Source of the DNA: a virus
Strand: one strand, 5' to 3'
IMG/VR virus record: IMGVR_UViG_3300004625_000001
Length of the DNA: 51,993 bases
The translations under genes and the position numbers were made by a program. Under the pieces are notes generated by a model. That model made no database searches, was not told the origin of the DNA, and saw nothing but the letters and a program-made list of their open reading frames with translations. Positions 23,311 through 33,070 of the stretch are shown piece after piece; position 1 is the first letter of the stretch; the number at the start of each line of letters is the position of its first letter.

Positions 23311-24122
23311 TGCTCCGCTATTCGCTGACCAAGATCGCCGACCGGCCGAAGGGTACGGTTGTTGAGTTGCCACCTGTCGATGTTCGGCTCTCGGCAGAAA
23401 AGCAGCACTACGCCGCACTGCGCTCGATGCTGAACGGCATTGCCAAGGAAGCGCGGGATCACATCATCCCGCTCTACCAGCAGGAACTGGACATGAAGCG
23501 CGCCGCGCGAGCCTTCACGGGCGATGCGGACCGCACTTGGTTCGCCTCATTGCAGGCCTTGGCCAATCAATTGCAGCGGATCGCTTCGGACACGGTCGGG
23601 CGCATCCTGGATCTGGAAGCGCAGCGCCACACCGAAGCCTTCATGGCGACGGCCAAGCGAGCGCTCGGAATAAACCTGTCTGCGGTCGTGCGGGATGAGG
23701 ATCTAGCGGATTATCTGCAGGCGGCAGTTGCCCGCAACACATCGCTGATCCAAAGCCTGTCCGACGACATCGTGAAGCGGATAGAGCAGACGGTCTACAC
23801 GAACAGCATCGCCGGCAACTCGGTGACGACGCTCCGGAAGACGTTGCAGGCACAGTTCGGGATCACCGATCGGCGGGCGCGGCTCATCGCTCGGGACCAG
23901 ACCGGCAAGTTTAACTCGGATCTGAACAAAATCCGGCAACAGCAGGCTGGCGTTACCTCATACGTCTGGATGACGGCGCACGATGAGCGCGTTCGGCCGC
24001 TGCACAAGAAGCTTGACGGAAACACCTACAAGTGGGGCGAGCCGACGGGAGCCGAAGAAGGTCTTCCGCCAGGGCAGCCGGTCAATTGTCGTTGTGTGGC
24101 CCGCGGGGTAGTGGAGTTTTGA
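23307..24122 (+). CDS. Head morphogenesis protein (SPP1 gp7 / Mu F-like)
   Basis: ARDQTGKFNS..., WMTAHDERVRPLHKKLDG, PPGQPVNCRC. Confidence 0.88.
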   Translation: MMLRYSLTKIADRPKGTVVELPPVDVRLSAEKQHYAALRSMLNGIAKEARDHIIPLYQQELDMKRAARAFTGDADRTWFASLQALANQLQRIASDTVGRILDLEAQRHTEAFMATAKRALGINLSAVVRDEDLADYLQAAVARNTSLIQSLSDDIVKRIEQTVYTNSIAGNSVTTLRKTLQAQFGITDRRARLIARDQTGKFNSDLNKIRQQQAGVTSYVWMTAHDERVRPLHKKLDGNTYKWGEPTGAEEGLPPGQPVNCRCVARGVVEF

Positions 24123-24288
24123 GACGGTGTTCGAGCTCGGCGCTTGTGACGCGCTCGTCGTCGACGAGAATGACCTCGGTGGTCTCGATCGCCTGCTTCA
24201 GGCTCCGGACTTCCAATGACAGAGCTTCGATCTTGACGCTCTGGTCAAGGATCAACTGCCGTAAGGCTCGGAATTGTTCGTCGGTCAT
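24082..24288 (-). CDS. Possible small coiled-coil protein on the opposite strand
   Basis: MTDEQFRALRQLILDQSVKIEALSLEVRSLKQAIE...; coding-like GC3. It fills an otherwise empty 200-nt gap in the late operon and overlaps the MuF 3' end by 41 nt. Confidence 0.35.
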   Translation of the reverse strand: MTDEQFRALRQLILDQSVKIEALSLEVRSLKQAIETTEVILVDDERVTSAELEHRLKTPLPRGPHNDN

Positions 24289-24323
24289 GCCTGCTTTTGT
24301 GGTGCATATCGAAAAGGTTGGCA

Positions 24324-25931
24324 ATGCTTATCAAGACCGTTTCGACCGTTGTCACGACAGACAGCACCGGCAAGCCTATTGATGCAATCCCGGTTCGGAC
24401 AGCGAGCGCGGGCGAAACCGACGCTGCAGGGCGGCCTGTCGATATCATTCAGGTCACGGAAGACCCGAATGGCATTCCCGTCCGCGTTGTGGCGGGCAAG
24501 GCAGCCCAGAACAGCGCCGGTCAGTGGATAGACACCCTTCCAGTTCAGGGCGTTGTGGTTCCGCTTCCGGCCCTGCCTTTGGCGACAGGGGCTAAGGTCA
24601 TGGGCCTCGGCCATAGCTTCATTGGCCTCGGAACCGCGCAAACCTACACCGCAGGCCAGACGGCGACGAATGGTCATACCGGCTTCTATGAGAACGGCCG
24701 CACGGTCCTCTCATGGATCAAGGCAGCCGATGGCCGCTTCAACATCGACATGTTCGCCGAGTTGAACAGTCCGTTTTTCGCGCCGAGTTCCTTTGCGGCC
24801 TTCTCGGGCGCAATGGCCGGCAAGTCGGGCGATTGCCTCTTTCCTGTTCCCGGGCTTGAGGCGCAGTTCCCGGGCACGCTCGCGCGCACGGCCTATTCTC
24901 TCAGCCAGAAACCCGACATCGTCTATATCGACATAGGCTACAACGACATCGTCCGGGGTCGAAGCCTGGCGGCGATCCTTGCCGACTTCGATACGCAGGT
25001 GCAGCGCATTGTTGATGCCGGGGTCTACGTCGTCCTGCAGACGTTGAGTTGGACCAACACACTCGACGATCAGCCAGGCGTTGACGATCCGGCATGGCCT
25101 GGCATCCTCGACGGCATCAATGCGTGGATCGTCGCGCAGGCGGGACGCGAAGGCGTCGTGCTCTGCAATACGCTTTCGCTCGATGGACCGGCCTCGGGCA
25201 TCTCGCCGACCATGTTTGTCGATGGGCTTCACCCCAAGCCGGACCTGATGGCGAAGCGCTCCGATATTCTGCTGCCGATCCTGCAGGGAATGGTCTCAGC
25301 AGGCGAGACAAGGTCGCTCGATCCACTCGCCGCCTACAACATCTTCCCGCCCAAGGGCACACCGGGGATAGCCGGAACCAAGACCAACGTCACTGGTGAC
25401 GTTGCCACTGGCATGCGCCTGGTGCGCGGCACCGGCACCTCGACCTATGTCGCCAGCAAGGAAGTGGTGGCGACCGGCAACGAAAAACAAGTGATCACGA
25501 TCACGCCCGTCAACGACGCGGCTGCCGTTCATACCGTGACCTATGGCCTGCCGGCCAATCTCAGCCTGGCAACACTCGGCCTCGTCGCCGGCGACTGGCT
25601 CGAGATCCAGATCCCCGTCGAGCTGAACGACTGGGCGGGCTGGGATTACCTCGACAGCTCCATCCGTGGCCCGGTTCAGATCGGCAATACTGTCACGGTC
25701 ACCGGCGGCGGCTGGACGACCGGCAATTATATCGGTGGCCGCAATCGGTCGCTCATCTGCGGCTCGAAACTCTGGCTTCCGACCGGTCTGACGATGACGA
25801 ACATCAGGCTCGATAACCTGCTGATATTGAGGCACCTCTGCACGACTGGAGGAACCGGCGTCGCCAAGATCGGGGCGCCGATCATCCGCAAGATTGCAAG
25901 CCCGCGAACGGCCTGGCAGTTGGCGGCATAG
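24324..25931 (+). CDS. SGNH/GDSL-family hydrolase with repeat-bearing N-terminus
   Basis: Block I GLGHSF, block III DIGYNDI, block V VDGLHP. The N-terminus has four G-x-P-[IV]-D-x-I-P-V-like repeats. Start taken at MLIKTV. Confidence 0.75.
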   Translation: MLIKTVSTVVTTDSTGKPIDAIPVRTASAGETDAAGRPVDIIQVTEDPNGIPVRVVAGKAAQNSAGQWIDTLPVQGVVVPLPALPLATGAKVMGLGHSFIGLGTAQTYTAGQTATNGHTGFYENGRTVLSWIKAADGRFNIDMFAELNSPFFAPSSFAAFSGAMAGKSGDCLFPVPGLEAQFPGTLARTAYSLSQKPDIVYIDIGYNDIVRGRSLAAILADFDTQVQRIVDAGVYVVLQTLSWTNTLDDQPGVDDPAWPGILDGINAWIVAQAGREGVVLCNTLSLDGPASGISPTMFVDGLHPKPDLMAKRSDILLPILQGMVSAGETRSLDPLAAYNIFPPKGTPGIAGTKTNVTGDVATGMRLVRGTGTSTYVASKEVVATGNEKQVITITPVNDAAAVHTVTYGLPANLSLATLGLVAGDWLEIQIPVELNDWAGWDYLDSSIRGPVQIGNTVTVTGGGWTTGNYIGGRNRSLICGSKLWLPTGLTMTNIRLDNLLILRHLCTTGGTGVAKIGAPIIRKIASPRTAWQLAA

Positions 25932-25940
25932 GAGAATTCC

Positions 25941-27074
25941 ATGAATTTCACCGACGCTGTCACCATCGCGGGAACGCGACGGACCGACGACGGCTACCTT
26001 GTCGCCGAAGCGAAGGCAGTCCGGACCGGCATCCAGCTTTATACGGGCGATGAAGTCGGAAAGCCTGAGATGTCCGTCGTCAGGGTCTATCGCCCGCCGG
26101 AATCCGTCTTCGCCGATGCCAGCCTACAGAGCTTCACCCACGCACCGGTGACGATGGATCACCCGAAGGACGCCGTGACGGCCGAGAACTGGAAGGATCT
26201 GGCAGTCGGCGAGGTCAGCACGGCCGCCAAGCGGGACGGGGAGTGGGTTTATCTCCCGCTCATCCTGAAGGATGCAGCGGCAATCAAGGGCGTCGAGGGT
26301 GGCAAGCGCGAACTCTCCGCCGGCTACGTCTGCGAGCTCGTATGGGGCGACGGCGTCACTCCGGATGGCCAGCAGTACGACGCCCAGCAGACCAACATCA
26401 AGATCAACCACCTGGCCGTCGTCGATCGCGCTCGGGCTGGTTCAAAGGCTCGCATCGGTGACGGTGCGAATTGGGGCATCAGCCCTGTCACCCCTGATCA
26501 CAAACCTCAAGAGGAAAAGATCATGACCCTGAAGACGGTTACCGTCGATGGCATCCCGGTTGAAGTAACCGATCAGGGTGCCACGGTTATCGCAACGCTG
26601 CAGCAGCGGCTTGCGGATGCCCACTCCAAGATGGGCACGGCAGACGCCGCGCACCTCTCCGCAATCGCTGCAAAAGACAGCGAACTCGCCAAGAAGGATG
26701 CCGAAATCGACAGCCTGAAGGCCAAGGTGCTTTCGGATGCTGATATCGACAAGCGCGTCCAGGACCGCGCCGATCTGATCGCCATCGCCACCACCATCGC
26801 GAAGGACGTCAAGACAACCGGTCTTTCCGATGCGGCCATCCGCAAGGCGGTTGTCACTGCCAAGCTCGGCGATGCTGCCATTGCCGGCAAGGCTGACGCC
26901 TACATCGACGCTCGCTTCGACATCCTGGCAGACGAGGCGAAGAAGGCGATCGGAGCCGATCCGTTCGCGCGAGTTCTCTCCGACGGCATTCGCCCCAACG
27001 TCGACGTCCACGTCGCCGCGGACAAGGCATGGTCGGAGAGCGTCAATGACCTCAACGCCTGGCGCAACAAGTAA
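25941..27074 (+). CDS. DUF2213-type scaffold / prohead-core protein
   Basis: N-terminal DUF2213-like (HAPVTMDHP..., RELSAGY) and a coiled-coil C-terminal half. Position is before the capsid gene. Confidence 0.7.
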   Translation: MNFTDAVTIAGTRRTDDGYLVAEAKAVRTGIQLYTGDEVGKPEMSVVRVYRPPESVFADASLQSFTHAPVTMDHPKDAVTAENWKDLAVGEVSTAAKRDGEWVYLPLILKDAAAIKGVEGGKRELSAGYVCELVWGDGVTPDGQQYDAQQTNIKINHLAVVDRARAGSKARIGDGANWGISPVTPDHKPQEEKIMTLKTVTVDGIPVEVTDQGATVIATLQQRLADAHSKMGTADAAHLSAIAAKDSELAKKDAEIDSLKAKVLSDADIDKRVQDRADLIAIATTIAKDVKTTGLSDAAIRKAVVTAKLGDAAIAGKADAYIDARFDILADEAKKAIGADPFARVLSDGIRPNVDVHVAADKAWSESVNDLNAWRNK

Positions 27075-27087
27075 GGAGGGCTGATCG

Positions 27088-27555
27088 ATGCCTATCACCT
27101 ATAGCAACACCCTTGCCGCATATGCGGTCGGCCGCCGTGTCAACATGGAAGAGTGGAATGCGATCACGCGCTCGCTCGAAGGCGCTACGCCTGTTGGCTT
27201 CGGCCAGCCTGTTATCGCCGGCGCCGCCGCTCACACCTGCGCTCCGCTGACGGCGGCAGCTCAGAACGTGCTCGGCATCACCGAAGCGGACCCGACGCTT
27301 CCTCGCCCCGGCGATGCCTACGCCCAGTACGACAACGTTCCGATCTGCGAAAGCGGCGTGATCGGCGTCCTGCTCGGCGCCAACGTCACGAAAGGCGCTC
27401 AGGCGCGCTTCGACATAACCAACAAGAACTGGACCGGTGCAGCCGCATCCGGAACGGTCCTGACGATCCCCGGCGCTCAGTTCGATGAAGCCGGTTCCTC
27501 GGGCGCGGTCGGCAAGGTCCGTTACCGTCGTCCTGTTCCGTCTCTGTCGGCATAA
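27088..27555 (+). CDS. Head decoration/cement-like protein (DUF2190-like)
   Basis: 155 aa between scaffold and capsid; Gly/Ala-rich beta-type sequence. Confidence 0.5.
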   Translation: MPITYSNTLAAYAVGRRVNMEEWNAITRSLEGATPVGFGQPVIAGAAAHTCAPLTAAAQNVLGITEADPTLPRPGDAYAQYDNVPICESGVIGVLLGANVTKGAQARFDITNKNWTGAAASGTVLTIPGAQFDEAGSSGAVGKVRYRRPVPSLSA

Positions 27556-27567
27556 GGAGCCACATCA

Positions 27568-28584
27568 ATGTATGGACTTGGACACAATGGCGGCCCTGTG
27601 CTCATGGCGGACGCCACCCAGGCGCTTGCCTTCGTCACGGCGCAGGCATACCGCATCAACCAGACCGTCTATGAGACGCGCTACCCCGATTGGGATTTCA
27701 GCCGCCTCATTTACGTCGAAACCGAAGGCGACCCGTGGGCCCCCGGCATCCTGACCTATCTCTCCGATATGTCGGGTGCGGCCAATTGGCAGTCGGGCGC
27801 AGCGAAGGACATCCCGCTCGCCGACGTCAACCAGGACTACCAGCTCAAGAACTTCCACCTGGCGGCCATCGGCTACCAGTTCAACATCCAGGAAGTGAAC
27901 GCGGCGATCCAGATCCCGGGCGGCACTCTGCCGAACCGCCGCGCGAAGGCTGCTCGTCTGGCCTACACGAAGTTCATGTACGACCTGACCTTGTTCGGCA
28001 GCGCCGAGAAGGGTCTCGGCGGGATCACGAACTACCCGGGCGTCACGACGGCGGCTGTACCGGCAGACGGTACTGGTGGAGTCACCTTCTGGGTGAACGC
28101 GGCCGGCGTTGGTGTGAAAACGCCAGCGCAGATCGTCCGAGACGTCAACCTCGGTCTTCAGGGTATCAATCTGGCCACAAACCAGGTCGAGCTGGCTGAC
28201 ACCGTGTTCCTGCCGGTCGAAGCGCTGAATTACATCGCCGCTACGCCTTATAGCGCGACGACGATGGAAACGATCCTGTCGTTCCTGCTCCGCACCAATC
28301 TGTACACGCTCACGACCGGCCGGCCACTCACGGTCCGCTCGGTTCGCGAGCTCGGTACAGCGGCAACCACGGCAGGCGTAACCGGCAAGGGCCGTATGGT
28401 CGTTTACAAGAACGACGAGAACTACCTGAAGCTCCACCTTCCGATGCCTCACCGGTTCCTTCCGGTCTATCAGGACGGCCCGCTCAATTGGCAGGTTCCT
28501 GGCATCTTCCGGACTGGTGGCGTCGAAGCGCTTACCACGGCAGCCATCCGCTATCTCGACGGCGTCAGCGAAACTCCGGCCTGA
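27568..28584 (+). CDS. Major capsid protein (DUF2184/HK97-fold family)
   Basis: 338 aa in the canonical position; ...YPDWDFSRLIYVETEGDPWA..., typical of this capsid family. Confidence 0.8.
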   Translation: MYGLGHNGGPVLMADATQALAFVTAQAYRINQTVYETRYPDWDFSRLIYVETEGDPWAPGILTYLSDMSGAANWQSGAAKDIPLADVNQDYQLKNFHLAAIGYQFNIQEVNAAIQIPGGTLPNRRAKAARLAYTKFMYDLTLFGSAEKGLGGITNYPGVTTAAVPADGTGGVTFWVNAAGVGVKTPAQIVRDVNLGLQGINLATNQVELADTVFLPVEALNYIAATPYSATTMETILSFLLRTNLYTLTTGRPLTVRSVRELGTAATTAGVTGKGRMVVYKNDENYLKLHLPMPHRFLPVYQDGPLNWQVPGIFRTGGVEALTTAAIRYLDGVSETPA

Positions 28585-28596
28585 TAGGGGGCTGAC

Positions 28597-28908
28597 ATGG
28601 TCAAGGTGAAGAACCTGACGAACAGCCCCTATGATCTCCAGGGCAGGGACGGCCCGGTCCGTATCCCTGCCTTCGGAGAGGCAGAGGGCGAGTTCACAGA
28701 CGATTATCTGATGATCCTCGAAGCTTCGGGATCTGTGGTGATCGTGAGCGATACCGAAGAAGGCGGGCAGGGCGGCGCAAGCAAGCCGCAGGTCGAAGAT
28801 CTGGCCAAACTCCGAGCCGACTATCTCGACGTCATGGGCAAGAAGCCGTTCAACGGCTGGTCCGCCGAACAGCTCCGCGAAAAGATCGACGCGAAGCTCG
28901 CCGAATAA
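28597..28908 (+). CDS. Hypothetical head-associated protein
   Basis: 103 aa. The N-terminus is paralogous to the next ORF (VKVKNLTNSPYDL versus [13 protein letters not shown]). The C-terminus is HeH/SAP-like (KPFNGWSAEQLREKIDAKL). Confidence 0.6.
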   Translation: MVKVKNLTNSPYDLQGRDGPVRIPAFGEAEGEFTDDYLMILEASGSVVIVSDTEEGGQGGASKPQVEDLAKLRADYLDVMGKKPFNGWSAEQLREKIDAKLAE

Positions 28909-28961
28909 TCATCACTCCGGCTGGCAACGGCCGGGGTCCAATTTCCACCGGAGAACGGACA

Positions 28962-29162
28962 ATGACCACGATCAAGAACATGACGGGTGCGTCCGTCTCG
29001 ATCGGCAGCCTGACAATTCGCCCCGGCGTATCGATCAGTACGAACCGTTGGCATATCCTTCAGCACTCCGACAATGCCAAATCTCTCCTCGCTGCAAAGG
29101 CCATCGAGGTCAGTGAAGCGGTTGCGGAGCAGGCCGGCAAAGCGGCTAAGGTCTCGAAGTAA
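28962..29162 (+). CDS. Hypothetical small protein
   Basis: 66 aa; GGAGAACGG RBS region. Confidence 0.5.
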   Translation: MTTIKNMTGASVSIGSLTIRPGVSISTNRWHILQHSDNAKSLLAAKAIEVSEAVAEQAGKAAKVSK

Positions 29163-29551
29163 TGGCCTATGTCGCCCCCACGCCAACCACCTTCAAGGCG
29201 CGATATCCCGAGTTCCAGCCCGTGTCGGATGCGCTCGTGCAGCTCGTGCTCGACGAGGCGATCTCCGATGTCGGAGATACGTGGCTCGAAAAGGACCGCG
29301 CTCGCGCTCAGATGCTCCTCGCGGCCCACATGCTGACGATGGAAGGTGAGCCGGGACGGTCGACAACCGGCCAAGGATCGGGCGCTACCGGCCCCATCAA
29401 GCGGCGCAAGGTCGGTGATGTGGAAACTGAGTTCGCGGGAAATGGCGCATCGGCAGGCGGGGGCTCCGCTTCCGGCTATGCCGCCACGATCTATGGACAA
29501 GAGTTCCTCTCGCTCATGCGCAAGAATTTCCCCCCGGTGGCTGCCGTCTGA
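29162..29551 (+). CDS. Head-tail connector (DUF4054-like)
   Basis: [23 protein letters not shown]...[11 protein letters not shown]. Confidence 0.7.
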   Translation: MAYVAPTPTTFKARYPEFQPVSDALVQLVLDEAISDVGDTWLEKDRARAQMLLAAHMLTMEGEPGRSTTGQGSGATGPIKRRKVGDVETEFAGNGASAGGGSASGYAATIYGQEFLSLMRKNFPPVAAV

Positions 29552-30012
29552 TGTTCACAATCGGAGTGAAGCGCCGCGAGGTGGTGAAGCTGCCGAAGGG
29601 CGTGAAAGGACCATCGCAGGTCAAAGTCGGCTTTCCTAAAGGTGAGGCCGACCAGGACAATATCAACAAGGCGATCTGGAACGAGTTCGGCACCAAGGGC
29701 GGCGCTTCTGGCGGGGGCTGGGGCGGCCCGGTGCCCGAGCGTCCGTTCATGCGGAATGCTATGCGCGGTAACCGCGGCAAGTATCGTGACGCGCTCAAGG
29801 CTTCCGCTGCGAAACTGCTCACGGGCAAGACGACCCTGCGCCAGGTCCTGGCAAAGCTCGGCATCGTTGCTCAAGGGGATATCCAGGCGGAGATCACCTC
29901 TCTGCAATCGCCGCCGAACAGCCCTGTGACCATCGCCCTCAAGGGATCAAGCAAGCCTCTCATTGCCGACGGCGAAATGCGCGGCGCTGTTACGTGGAAG
30001 GTCGACGAATGA
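29551..30012 (+). CDS. HK97 gp10-like head-tail joining protein
   Basis: ...VPERPFMRNAM... motif and position. Confidence 0.65.
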   Translation: MFTIGVKRREVVKLPKGVKGPSQVKVGFPKGEADQDNINKAIWNEFGTKGGASGGGWGGPVPERPFMRNAMRGNRGKYRDALKASAAKLLTGKTTLRQVLAKLGIVAQGDIQAEITSLQSPPNSPVTIALKGSSKPLIADGEMRGAVTWKVDE

Positions 30013-30341
30013 TCGATGTTGCGATTGCCATCGATGGCGAGGCCGTCAACGTCACCCTGACCACCAAAGCCGCCGGATACTACGATGCCGATGGTAATTG
30101 GGTGCCCGGCGCGCCGACGTCTTCGACCATCCGCGCCGCCATCCAGCCCACCCGTGGCAATCAGTTGATGGACATGCCCGAGGGCATCAGGACCGAGGCC
30201 GGGTGGATGCTCTGGACCCGATCGGCGATTGCCGTAGACGGCGAGATCACATCGGGCGGCATCGGTTACCGCGTCCTCTTCACATGGCCGCGCATGGAAG
30301 GTGGTTTCTACCGCGCTACATTGGGCAGGCTGACGAAATGA
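30009..30341 (+). CDS. Head-closure/tail-completion protein
   Basis: Start MIDVAIAI has an ATGA overlap; call is from position. Confidence 0.55.
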   Translation: MIDVAIAIDGEAVNVTLTTKAAGYYDADGNWVPGAPTSSTIRAAIQPTRGNQLMDMPEGIRTEAGWMLWTRSAIAVDGEITSGGIGYRVLFTWPRMEGGFYRATLGRLTK

Positions 30342-30844
30342 CGAACGATGAGATCCACAGCGCTGTCGTCCGTTGGGTGAAGACCGTTACGGGCGTCACG
30401 ACGATAAAGTCGCACCAGAGCGGCCCCGATCCGGCATTGCCCTACGTGACGGTGAATTTCACGGCTGACGCCGAGGTTCGCCAGCACGAGCAGACCGTTG
30501 AATATACGGACACCGGCATTCCGAACAGCCAAGGCAAGAACAAGATCAGCGCTGCGCCGGTGATCGAGGTCGAATGGCGGTTCTCGGTCCACTCCTACGG
30601 CCCAGCACCTACCGGCATCCTTCGCCCGATCACATCGGCGGCGAAGCTCGCGCAGGTCATGGAGCCTTTGCTTCCCGGCCTCGTGATCCATGAGGTCTCT
30701 CAGATCCGGAACGTACCCGACTGGATCAACAACAAGTGGGAGCCTCGGGCTCAGATGGACCTCATCGTTCGCGGCCTCACCCGCGACGGCTTCGTAATCG
30801 ACACCATCGATGAAAGCAGCTTCGACATAGCTCGGGCTGGATAA
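30338..30844 (+). CDS. Tail terminator-like protein
   Basis: Start MTNDEIHS has an ATGA overlap; immediately precedes the sheath gene. Confidence 0.55.
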   Translation: MTNDEIHSAVVRWVKTVTGVTTIKSHQSGPDPALPYVTVNFTADAEVRQHEQTVEYTDTGIPNSQGKNKISAAPVIEVEWRFSVHSYGPAPTGILRPITSAAKLAQVMEPLLPGLVIHEVSQIRNVPDWINNKWEPRAQMDLIVRGLTRDGFVIDTIDESSFDIARAG

Positions 30845-30863
30845 CCCCAGAAAGGACGGCAGG

Positions 30864-32006
30864 ATGACAATCCTCCCATACAACAGGGTCGTCAACGTGA
30901 CCCTGTCGCGTAACGACGCCTTCCCGAGCCGTCGTGGCTTCGGAACGGAACTGATTCTCACGACCGTAGCCGTTGCGGGCAAGGTTGACGCAACCCATCG
31001 GACGAAGCTCTACGCCTCGATCGAGGAAGTCGCGGCGGACTTCGCGACCACGGCTGACGCCTATAAGGCTGCGTTGTCGGCATTCTCGCAGAACCCGCGT
31101 CCGACACAGATCAAGATCGGCTTTGTCGCAAGCGATGGCACCCCGACGGCCGCCGAGCTTCAGACCGAGCTCAACACGCTCTACGATTCTGACCAGGACT
31201 GGTACTTCATCACCGTCGACACGACGCTGCGCGATCAGGCCTATACAGACGGTCTGCTCCAGTGGACGGAAGCGAAGAACAAGCTGGCGATCATCGACAG
31301 CAACGCGGCCGCCACTCAAAACCCTGCGGATACGACCTCAATCGCCGCCCGCAACAAAGGTGATTTCGAGCGTACCGGCATCTTCTACCACACCAATGCA
31401 GCGTTGTTCCCGGCCGCCGCTCTGGCCGCGTGGATGTCCACCCGCAACTTCGACGACGCGAACAGCGCCTACACGGCCAAGTTCAAGAACCTGAAGGGCA
31501 TCAGCGCCGTCAACCTGGGCTCTGCGGCCATCAGCGCGATCACCGGCTTTACCCCAGGTGTCGGCCAGTCGGAATCGGTCGGCCACATGGCCAACACCTA
31601 TATCGACATCGGCAGCCGGAATTTCGTGGTTGAAGGTTCGACCCTCACGGCCAACGTCTTCCTGGACGAGATCCACGCCACCGACTGGATCATCGCCCGC
31701 ACGGAAGAGGAAGCGCTCGGGATCCTCCTCAACAATGCCCGCGTGCCGTTCACTGACGCCGGCATGCAGACACTTGCCTCTGCCGCCCGGACCGTCATGC
31801 AGCAGGCGACCCGCGCCGGCCTCATCGCCCAGGATCTCGACCCTGAAACTGGCGACTATGCGCCTGCCGTCGTCATCACGGTTCCGTCGGTGTTTGACGT
31901 TCCGGAAAGCCAGCGAAAGGCCCGCATCGCCCCGGCGATCTCGGTCCGCTTCCGCTACGCCGGCGCGGTGCACTACACCACCATCAACTACACCATGACG
32001 TTCTAA
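30864..32006 (+). CDS. Tail sheath protein (DUF3383-like)
   Basis: 380 aa; order is sheath, then tube, then chaperone. Confidence 0.7.
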   Translation: MTILPYNRVVNVTLSRNDAFPSRRGFGTELILTTVAVAGKVDATHRTKLYASIEEVAADFATTADAYKAALSAFSQNPRPTQIKIGFVASDGTPTAAELQTELNTLYDSDQDWYFITVDTTLRDQAYTDGLLQWTEAKNKLAIIDSNAAATQNPADTTSIAARNKGDFERTGIFYHTNAALFPAAALAAWMSTRNFDDANSAYTAKFKNLKGISAVNLGSAAISAITGFTPGVGQSESVGHMANTYIDIGSRNFVVEGSTLTANVFLDEIHATDWIIARTEEEALGILLNNARVPFTDAGMQTLASAARTVMQQATRAGLIAQDLDPETGDYAPAVVITVPSVFDVPESQRKARIAPAISVRFRYAGAVHYTTINYTMTF

Positions 32007-32017
32007 GGAGCCGACAC

Positions 32018-32455
32018 ATGGGAAACTCAACCGCATATAGCATGGTCAATGTGTCGGCCACGCTCGACGGCCAGAAGGTGCAGGGTCTCTGGGATGGCGA
32101 CGACGCAATCGTCGTCACCCAGGGCGCTGATGCCGGCTCCGGTCTCGTCGGTGCCGACGGGTCGAGCATCTTCTCGATCTCTGCCGACAATTCGGCCCAA
32201 ATCAGCGTCAAGCTCCAGCACACGAGCCCGACGCATCGCCTGCTTCACCAGAAGTGGAAGCGCCAGAAGGCTCTTGGCTCGACGGCCGCTGCCTTCCCGT
32301 TCTCCCTCATCGACAACGGCACCAATGAAGGTGGCTCGGCCGACCGTGCGTTCATCATGAGCGCGCCGGCCGATTCGAAGGGCAAGAACGCCGTCGTTCG
32401 GGAGTGGGTGCTCTGGACCGGTGACTGGAATACGGAGATCCCTGACAATGGCTGA
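32018..32455 (+). CDS. Tail tube protein (DUF3277-like)
   Basis: 145 aa directly after the sheath gene. Confidence 0.7.
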   Translation: MGNSTAYSMVNVSATLDGQKVQGLWDGDDAIVVTQGADAGSGLVGADGSSIFSISADNSAQISVKLQHTSPTHRLLHQKWKRQKALGSTAAAFPFSLIDNGTNEGGSADRAFIMSAPADSKGKNAVVREWVLWTGDWNTEIPDNG

Positions 32456-32885
32456 GAAGAAGATCAACGGCGTCGAGTATAAGGTCGATCAGCTTCTCGC
32501 GACCAAGGCTCTCATCCTGCAGGCCCGCCTCATGCGTGCGGCTGGCCCGCTGGCCTCCAAGATCCCGGCAATCCTTGCCTCTCGCAGGGAGGGAGCATCG
32601 ATCGAAGAACGCGCAGCAGCCGACACCGAGGCTCTGCTGGCGATCACCGGCATCTTCGAGGCTATCGCCCCTGAAGAGTTCGCCGCTCTGGTGAAAGACA
32701 TCGTCGAGATCGCCAGGATCAAGCGCCCATCCGGTGCTTACGATCCGGTCGACCTCGATGGCGACTTCGCCGGCCGACTCGGCGACATCATCCCGGTCGC
32801 GGTGTTCGTTTTGAAGGAGCAGTTTGGAGATTTTTTCTCCGGCGCCCTGGCGAATGGAACCCGCGCGATGACGGCAAGGGCCTAA
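32448..32885 (+). CDS. Tail assembly chaperone (short, G-like product)
   Basis: Position is before the tape measure gene. It contains the slippery site T_TTT_TTC at 32831-32837. Confidence 0.75.
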   Translation: MAEKKINGVEYKVDQLLATKALILQARLMRAAGPLASKIPAILASRREGASIEERAAADTEALLAITGIFEAIAPEEFAALVKDIVEIARIKRPSGAYDPVDLDGDFAGRLGDIIPVAVFVLKEQFGDFFSGALANGTRAMTARA

Positions 32886-33070
32886 GCGAGCGCGAGATCG
32901 GCAGGGTAGCGCCCAATCTCAACATGTGGCTTTGGCGGCCGATACTGTCGGAGCCGCCAATCTACTCAATGCGTGACATGCAGACGTGGGTGACATTGAC
33001 CGACGTCATGGATGCCCATGAAGCCCTGGACCTGAAGGCGGCGATGGCAGAGGCGGCGGCTAAGGAGTGA
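32448..33070 (+). CDS. Tail assembly chaperone, -1 frameshift product (GT-like)
   Basis: The -1 frame is open from before the slippery heptamer to the TGA at 33068-33070. The extension encodes ...MWLWRPILSEPPIYSMRDMQTWVTLTDVMDAHEALDLKAAM.... Confidence 0.65.

Noticed and set aside
27565-28452. 295-aa minus-strand ORF opposite the major capsid gene. Similar long antisense ORFs occur at 33423-34298, 33770-34591, 36770-37453, 22576-23418, 31338-32036, 30308-30982 and 26442-27098.
   Set aside because: All are mirror frames of strongly supported structural genes in a GC-rich genome. Their sequence is Arg/Asp/Gly/Val-rich junk and breaks the otherwise uninterrupted late operon.
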